In this document: one piece after another, positions 59,978-64,000 of the stretch
How the letters are laid out: every line of letters begins with the position of its first letter
How positions within the stretch are numbered: position 1 is the first letter of the stretch
Origin: an uncultured delta proteobacterium
Lineage (GTDB): Bacteria; Desulfobacterota; RBG-13-43-22
Direction: 5' to 3'
Length of the DNA: 64,000 bases
NCBI GenBank assembly: GCA_963790475.1
Contig: CAWBOS010000015.1
Location: 1-64,000, forward strand
Program-made: the position numbers and the translations under genes
The notes under the pieces: model-generated
Database searches by the model: none
The model's input: the letters and a program-made list of their open reading frames with translations, nothing else
What the model was told of the DNA's origin: nothing

Positions 59978-61570
59978 TCAGGCCATCCAAATTTGTTCCA
60001 AATAGGGCACATTGGCTGGATCAATGGAAAACAAAGGACTGTTCCTATCCAAATTCCAAGGAATAAAAAAGGCCAGATCCAGCAATCGTTCCCGCTCTGG
60101 AACCCTAATATGTTCCTTTATCCATTCCATAACTTCCCTTATCGTTCCGGTTACTTTCGCATCCAAGCCAAGGTGTTGATTGAGGAATCGCAGGCCTGGA
60201 TTTTGTTTCAATTGAAAAACAGCTTCTTCCCAATGAATGCCATTAATTTTTTTTCTTAAAATATAGCCATTCCCATGATCCTGAATCCATAGAAGAGGGG
60301 GATTGATTTTGACTTGGGCCTGGCAGATTCTGGCCCCTTGTGTTTTCTTCTCGATCCTTTCCAATAAGTCTTTTCTTTTTTCGGTACCTTTCAACAAAAC
60401 CGGAGAGATCCTTTCAAACATATACAACTCGTCCCGGATAACAATTTCCCGTAGCCGAGTGGGATCGAACCCCAAATCCAGAAGATCGGCAATCGTTAGT
60501 TTCAGGGGTTCGGTCCGATTTTTTTCTGTCATCCATTGGGTAAGAAAAGGCCGCTGATATAAAGGGAGCCCTTCAATGCCCATGGTGGGATTTAATCGTA
60601 TGGTTTGAGGCAAAGAAAGCCATAAAGAATGGTCTCCAACCGATTGAACATCCGTTATTTCCGGATCGAGGATATAAGTTTGAATGGGAAGAGAACGGAC
60701 TTTCCGGGAAAGGGTAATCTGTTCCAGCGATTCTCCGCCGGTATACCCCAGTAATTCCTGGATGCGTCTATGAAAACCTAACAATCGAGTCGTAAACTTA
60801 GTGAACATAAAACACATAAGAGGGGTAAACCGGCCGCATTCTCTCTCTGTGCAAAAAATCTTTTCCAGAGCCTGATAGATTTGATTGAACTCCTGAATCG
60901 TTCTTCGAACCATCAATTCATTATCCTGCATTTCAATAACCGGTCTTTTTTTCTTAAGATTAAAGATCAGCTTGGGAAGCTTGAGGGAAAGATGGTTTTT
61001 TTTCAGACCGTCAGGGAGGTAAACCATATAATGATTCCGGTCCAGGTCTTCGCTAAAATCGATCAATTTTTCAAGAGAGACCCAACCCAACTTGTTGTAA
61101 ATGTCAAAGGTCGGGTCTTCAGGAGGGATGATATTGTCCAAGAGGCCCAGGGCGCCTTTCTCTTCCACATAATCACGAAAGGCCTCCAGTATCCGGTTTC
61201 CCAGGCCTTTCCTTCGAAAGGAAGGATCCACCTCCACGTAAACCAGATAGCAACAGGGTAATGGCTTGCGTAAGTACAGCATATTTAAATAGGCCAACAC
61301 CTCCCCCCCAGCGGTGTAGACCTCAAAAACCTGAAAGGGTTGACTGGGCCCTTGGGAACCGAATCGTTTTATCCGGCTTCCCTTGACCGTAGAGTGGGTT
61401 AGCCGATCCAGGGTACTAAATAGCAGGCCGGATGGGGTGGAGACCGACCCTCGTGGAGTATCCTCCCGGGTCATTTCTATTATGGACAGGGCTTCCTTGA
61501 GCCCGAGTCCGGCCTCCATAATTTTTTTTTCGATCTGTCCTGGGGATAGATAAAGAGATTTTTTTTTCAT
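59978..61570 (-). CDS. GNAT-domain-containing protein with long C-terminal extension
   Basis: YVEVDPSFRRKGLGNRIL acetyl-CoA motif; YNKLGW. Confidence 0.75.
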   Translation of the reverse strand: MKKKSLYLSPGQIEKKIMEAGLGLKEALSIIEMTREDTPRGSVSTPSGLLFSTLDRLTHSTVKGSRIKRFGSQGPSQPFQVFEVYTAGGEVLAYLNMLYLRKPLPCCYLVYVEVDPSFRRKGLGNRILEAFRDYVEEKGALGLLDNIIPPEDPTFDIYNKLGWVSLEKLIDFSEDLDRNHYMVYLPDGLKKNHLSLKLPKLIFNLKKKRPVIEMQDNELMVRRTIQEFNQIYQALEKIFCTERECGRFTPLMCFMFTKFTTRLLGFHRRIQELLGYTGGESLEQITLSRKVRSLPIQTYILDPEITDVQSVGDHSLWLSLPQTIRLNPTMGIEGLPLYQRPFLTQWMTEKNRTEPLKLTIADLLDLGFDPTRLREIVIRDELYMFERISPVLLKGTEKRKDLLERIEKKTQGARICQAQVKINPPLLWIQDHGNGYILRKKINGIHWEEAVFQLKQNPGLRFLNQHLGLDAKVTGTIREVMEWIKEHIRVPERERLLDLAFFIPWNLDRNSPLFSIDPANVPYLEQIWMA

Positions 61571-61863
61571 CGTTAAAACAAAAGAGGCCTTGAGATGAAC
61601 GCCCAAGGCCTCTGAAAAGAATCCCTACTCCTTTACCCTAGTCCGTTTTTTTTGGGGTGCAGGCCATTGAACTGATAATATCAGAAAGTTCCGACATATT
61701 CAATAAAATAGAAAATACACCTAAACGTAACTACTTATTTAGGAGAAAAAAATAAGCCTCCATAAAGGGGTGTCCCCCTTTGGAGGCTTCTTATAGGTAC
61801 TTTCCGAATCTCCCACTTCATTTCCCGGTGGGACAAGATGCCTATGAAGCACAAGGGCTGAGA

Positions 61864-61965
61864 TTATTCTTTCTCCCAAATAATCGCAATCACTTCACCA
61901 GTACCATGGACACCCAGGGTCAGGGTGAGTTCAATGTCCCCGATGCAGTTGGGGGTTCGCCGGGC
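61864..61965 (-). pseudogene. LUD/LutC (YkgG)-like C-terminal remnant
   Basis: Manual frame: ...GDIELTLTLGVHGTGEVIAIIWEKE*, cf. ADIE..L..GVHGP. Confidence 0.5.
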
Positions 61966-62043
61966 TTAGGGAAGTTGGAGGATTTGCAAAAACCTTGCCT
62001 GAAAAAATTATGCATAGGAATAAAAAAAATCCTTGTGGGAAGG

Positions 62044-62298
62044 TTAGTGGCTGTGCCCGCAACAACTCCCCGGTCCGGAACAGCCTTCAGCCATTCCCGG
62101 AGCCGAGCCGCAGCAGGACGTATCCCCAAGCCCCGGCAGTCCCTGTCGGCTTGCACCGGAAAGGGACGAAGGGGCCGACAACATACGTTTGACGTTTGTG
62201 CTTCCGCAACTGGTACATTCCGCCGTTTCACTGGAGCTGGTCAAAAGGGTCTCGCTCACCTTACCGCAATCCAGACAAAGAAAATCATACAAAGGCAT
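62044..62298 (-). CDS. FmdB-family zinc-ribbon protein
   Basis: MPLYDFLCLDCG...CTSCGS...RMLS; Cys-rich tail. Confidence 0.88.
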   Translation of the reverse strand: MPLYDFLCLDCGKVSETLLTSSSETAECTSCGSTNVKRMLSAPSSLSGASRQGLPGLGDTSCCGSAPGMAEGCSGPGSCCGHSH

Positions 62299-62321
62299 TT
62301 CTCATTCTCCTTCCAAGTCAA

Positions 62322-62706
62322 TCATAATGGTTGTTTATCCTGATATTCCTTAATAGCCTTTTCAAGAGTCTTTACCGCCAACCGAATGCAATGCTGTTTC
62401 TGGTCTGGTATCTCAACCAGGGCTTTGAACACGTCATCGTCTTTGACTTGTAAAGCACTTCTCAGGTCTTTTCCTCTGACCAGATCAGCCAAAGCCATGG
62501 CGGCTGATATAGCGCCGGGACAGCCCAGAACATCGAACTTGACATCCTGAATTTTCCCCTGGCCGACTTTTAGATAACTTTTCATGGTATCGCCGCAAGG
62601 GCCGGTCATCTCGGTCACCTGATCAGCATCTTTAAGCGGCCCCCTGGTTGGGTTTGGTAAGACAGTACTCAATGGCCTTTTCACCATAACCCGAGTTTGA
62701 AAGCAT
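62322..62706 (-). CDS. NifU/IscU-like scaffold protein, one +1 frameshift in a G tract
   Basis: GPCGDTM, GC, HC; true start MLSNSGYGEKAIEY at 62706; span is 3n+1. Confidence 0.8.
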
Positions 62707-62771
62707 CTCCCTTATACTCGATAAGTTGTTATTATTTGATGTGATGTTCTGTCTCATTTCAACGTTCTCTT

Positions 62772-63152
62772 CTAATGTACGCATTCATGGCCGTCTTTAT
62801 GTCCGGCACAGGTCATACTTACGGCAAATTCCGGTAATTTACCGGATTTCAACAGTTCCAGGTTTTCGCTGACGTTTCCTTCTACGGCCCGGAAAACCCT
62901 TATTCCTTCATTCTGCAGCTTCATGAGCGCCCCGGCACCTATGCCTCCAATAACCATTGCATCCACACTCTTACCATCAAGGGCCTTAATTGGATTACAG
63001 GCACCATGGACATGGTGTAAGTCTCTGTTGTTCACTGTTGCAACATCTTTCCCCTCGGTATCGACGATTATAAACACCGGGGCCGAACCAAAATGGTCAT
63101 AAACCTTACTCTTAACTCCTTCATTACCCTGTACTGCAAAACCTACTTTCAT
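62772..63152 (-). CDS. NifB/NifX-family (dinitrogenase FeMo-cofactor-binding-like) protein
   Basis: HFGSAP.F, GGIGAGA. Confidence 0.88.
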   Translation of the reverse strand: MKVGFAVQGNEGVKSKVYDHFGSAPVFIIVDTEGKDVATVNNRDLHHVHGACNPIKALDGKSVDAMVIGGIGAGALMKLQNEGIRVFRAVEGNVSENLELLKSGKLPEFAVSMTCAGHKDGHECVH

Positions 63153-63177
63153 GACTTTTTCCTCTCCCGGTCCCTGT

Positions 63178-63645
63178 TTATTGTTTTGGTTGAGTTACCC
63201 GACAAAATTTGCCTTGTCCTTTTTCGAATCCTCTATCTGCATCTGCTCTATATATGTTGCCACCTTTGCAGGAAGGGCAGTTCTTTGGTCTACCCGTTCC
63301 GTAAGGTAGCTCCCACGAGTGTTGGCATTCATAACATCTAAAATTTCTCATTGTGGCCATATTAAAATCACCCCCTTCAATCTTCAATGCCTTACCCTTA
63401 ACCAAAGCTTCTGCAACCTTTTTATGTCCCGATGCGATAATCCTTCCAAAGGTTTGGCGGGAGACATTCATTTTTCCAGCAGCCTGATCTTGGTATAAGC
63501 CTTCAAAATCAGCTAACCGAATGGCCTCAAATTCATCAACTGTCAAATTTATTTCATCAAGGGCCGAAAGGGGGATTCCTCTTGGTTTAAAATACTCACT
63601 CCCAGGAAGACACCCAACTCTCCTACAATTTCTCGGTCTGGCCAT
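63178..63645 (-). CDS. DUF134-domain DNA-binding regulator with C-terminal zinc ribbon
   Basis: MARPRNCRRV, FKPRGIP, EFEAIRLAD, MNVSRQTF, CYEC...CPSC. Confidence 0.9.
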   Translation of the reverse strand: MARPRNCRRVGCLPGSEYFKPRGIPLSALDEINLTVDEFEAIRLADFEGLYQDQAAGKMNVSRQTFGRIIASGHKKVAEALVKGKALKIEGGDFNMATMRNFRCYECQHSWELPYGTGRPKNCPSCKGGNIYRADADRGFEKGQGKFCRVTQPKQ

Positions 63646-63667
63646 AATGTATTTCTCTTTTATAACT

Positions 63668-63691
63668 AATTATAAGCATATGCTCATAATT
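63668..63691. promoter_or_regulatory. 24-bp near-perfect palindrome, candidate DUF134 operator
   Basis: AATTATAAGCATATGCTCATAATT overlapping a minus-strand TTGACA..TATAAT/TATAAA promoter region. Confidence 0.65.
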
Positions 63692-63774
63692 GTCAAGTAA
63701 AAAAATGGTGATCGTTAAATCATAAAAATACAATGTGAGAGCCAAGGCAAAAAAAACTATCCCGGATAAACCTT

Positions 63775-63987
63775 TCAACGAGTCTTCAAAGAGACTTCTG
63801 GGTCGGAATTTATTCTAATAGCTTGAGAGGTCGCCTTTCCGGAGCCGGCGATATGCGGTAAGCTGACATTAACCACCGATACATCCAAAACTTCCATGAT
63901 TGAGCTGGACATAACGGCGATACCGATGATCCATGGACTGATCTTGGGTCCGAACCCAAGGGCACTCTCACCGACATGTCGATCTAA
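63775..63987 (-). pseudogene. EmrB/QacA (DHA2) MFS N-terminal remnant
   Basis: PWIIGIAVMSSSIMEVLDVSVVNVSLPHIAGS then breaks off; AAGGAGG RBS followed by TTA instead of a start codon. Confidence 0.7.
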
Positions 63988-64000
63988 GACCCCTCCTTAA

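Noticed and set aside
2675-62343. Numerous antisense or shifted ORFs in the six-frame track (e.g. 8019-8723, 17829-18479, 52052-52636, 61780-62343)
   Set aside because: They overlap well-supported genes, lack motifs and RBS, and are shadow ORFs
62322-63152. nif genes implying nitrogen fixation
   Set aside because: NifX-like and NifU-like domains occur widely in non-diazotrophs; no nifHDK in the window

Overview
Chromosomal window from an anaerobic bacterium, most likely Desulfobacterota/Deltaproteobacteria-like (inferred from tungsten-type AOR, ADP-forming acyl-CoA ligases, the rbr-dfx-rubredoxin-korAB cluster and DVU0298/DUF134/NifX genes). Core-like blocks alternate with two accessory regions. 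(1) A decayed island at about 10.1-19.8 kb, next to tRNA-Glu/tRNA-Lys. It holds an intact IS1182 (inverted repeats plus CTAG target duplication), integrase and excisionase remnants, a twice-repeated leader plus polB-fragment unit cut at the same base, and a UDG-fold (Brig1-like?) orphan. (2) The best novelty candidate, at about 32.9-43.8 kb. This is a co-directional cluster of a STAND/TPR class III nucleotide cyclase, a DDxxD isoprenyl-transferase-like (ComQ-like?) enzyme, a radical SAM enzyme, an 80-aa Nif11-like precursor peptide, a radical SAM/SPASM maturase, an S53 sedolisin and a geranylgeranyl-reductase-like flavoprotein. It is a putative prenylated-RiPP signalling system. Three ORFs that appear truncated are probable selenoproteins, each with an in-frame UGA at a conserved Cys position and a SECIS-like hairpin: TlpA-like UxxC, DedA-rhodanese CxU and DUF1573 UGC. 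A PerR/Fur gene with an in-frame internal deletion heads the oxidative-stress operon. Many core genes (PBP1A, amidase, mutS, a rubredoxin-like gene, DVU0298, a NifU-like gene) carry single-base insertions, most probably sequencing errors. All family calls come from motif recognition by eye; no searches were run.
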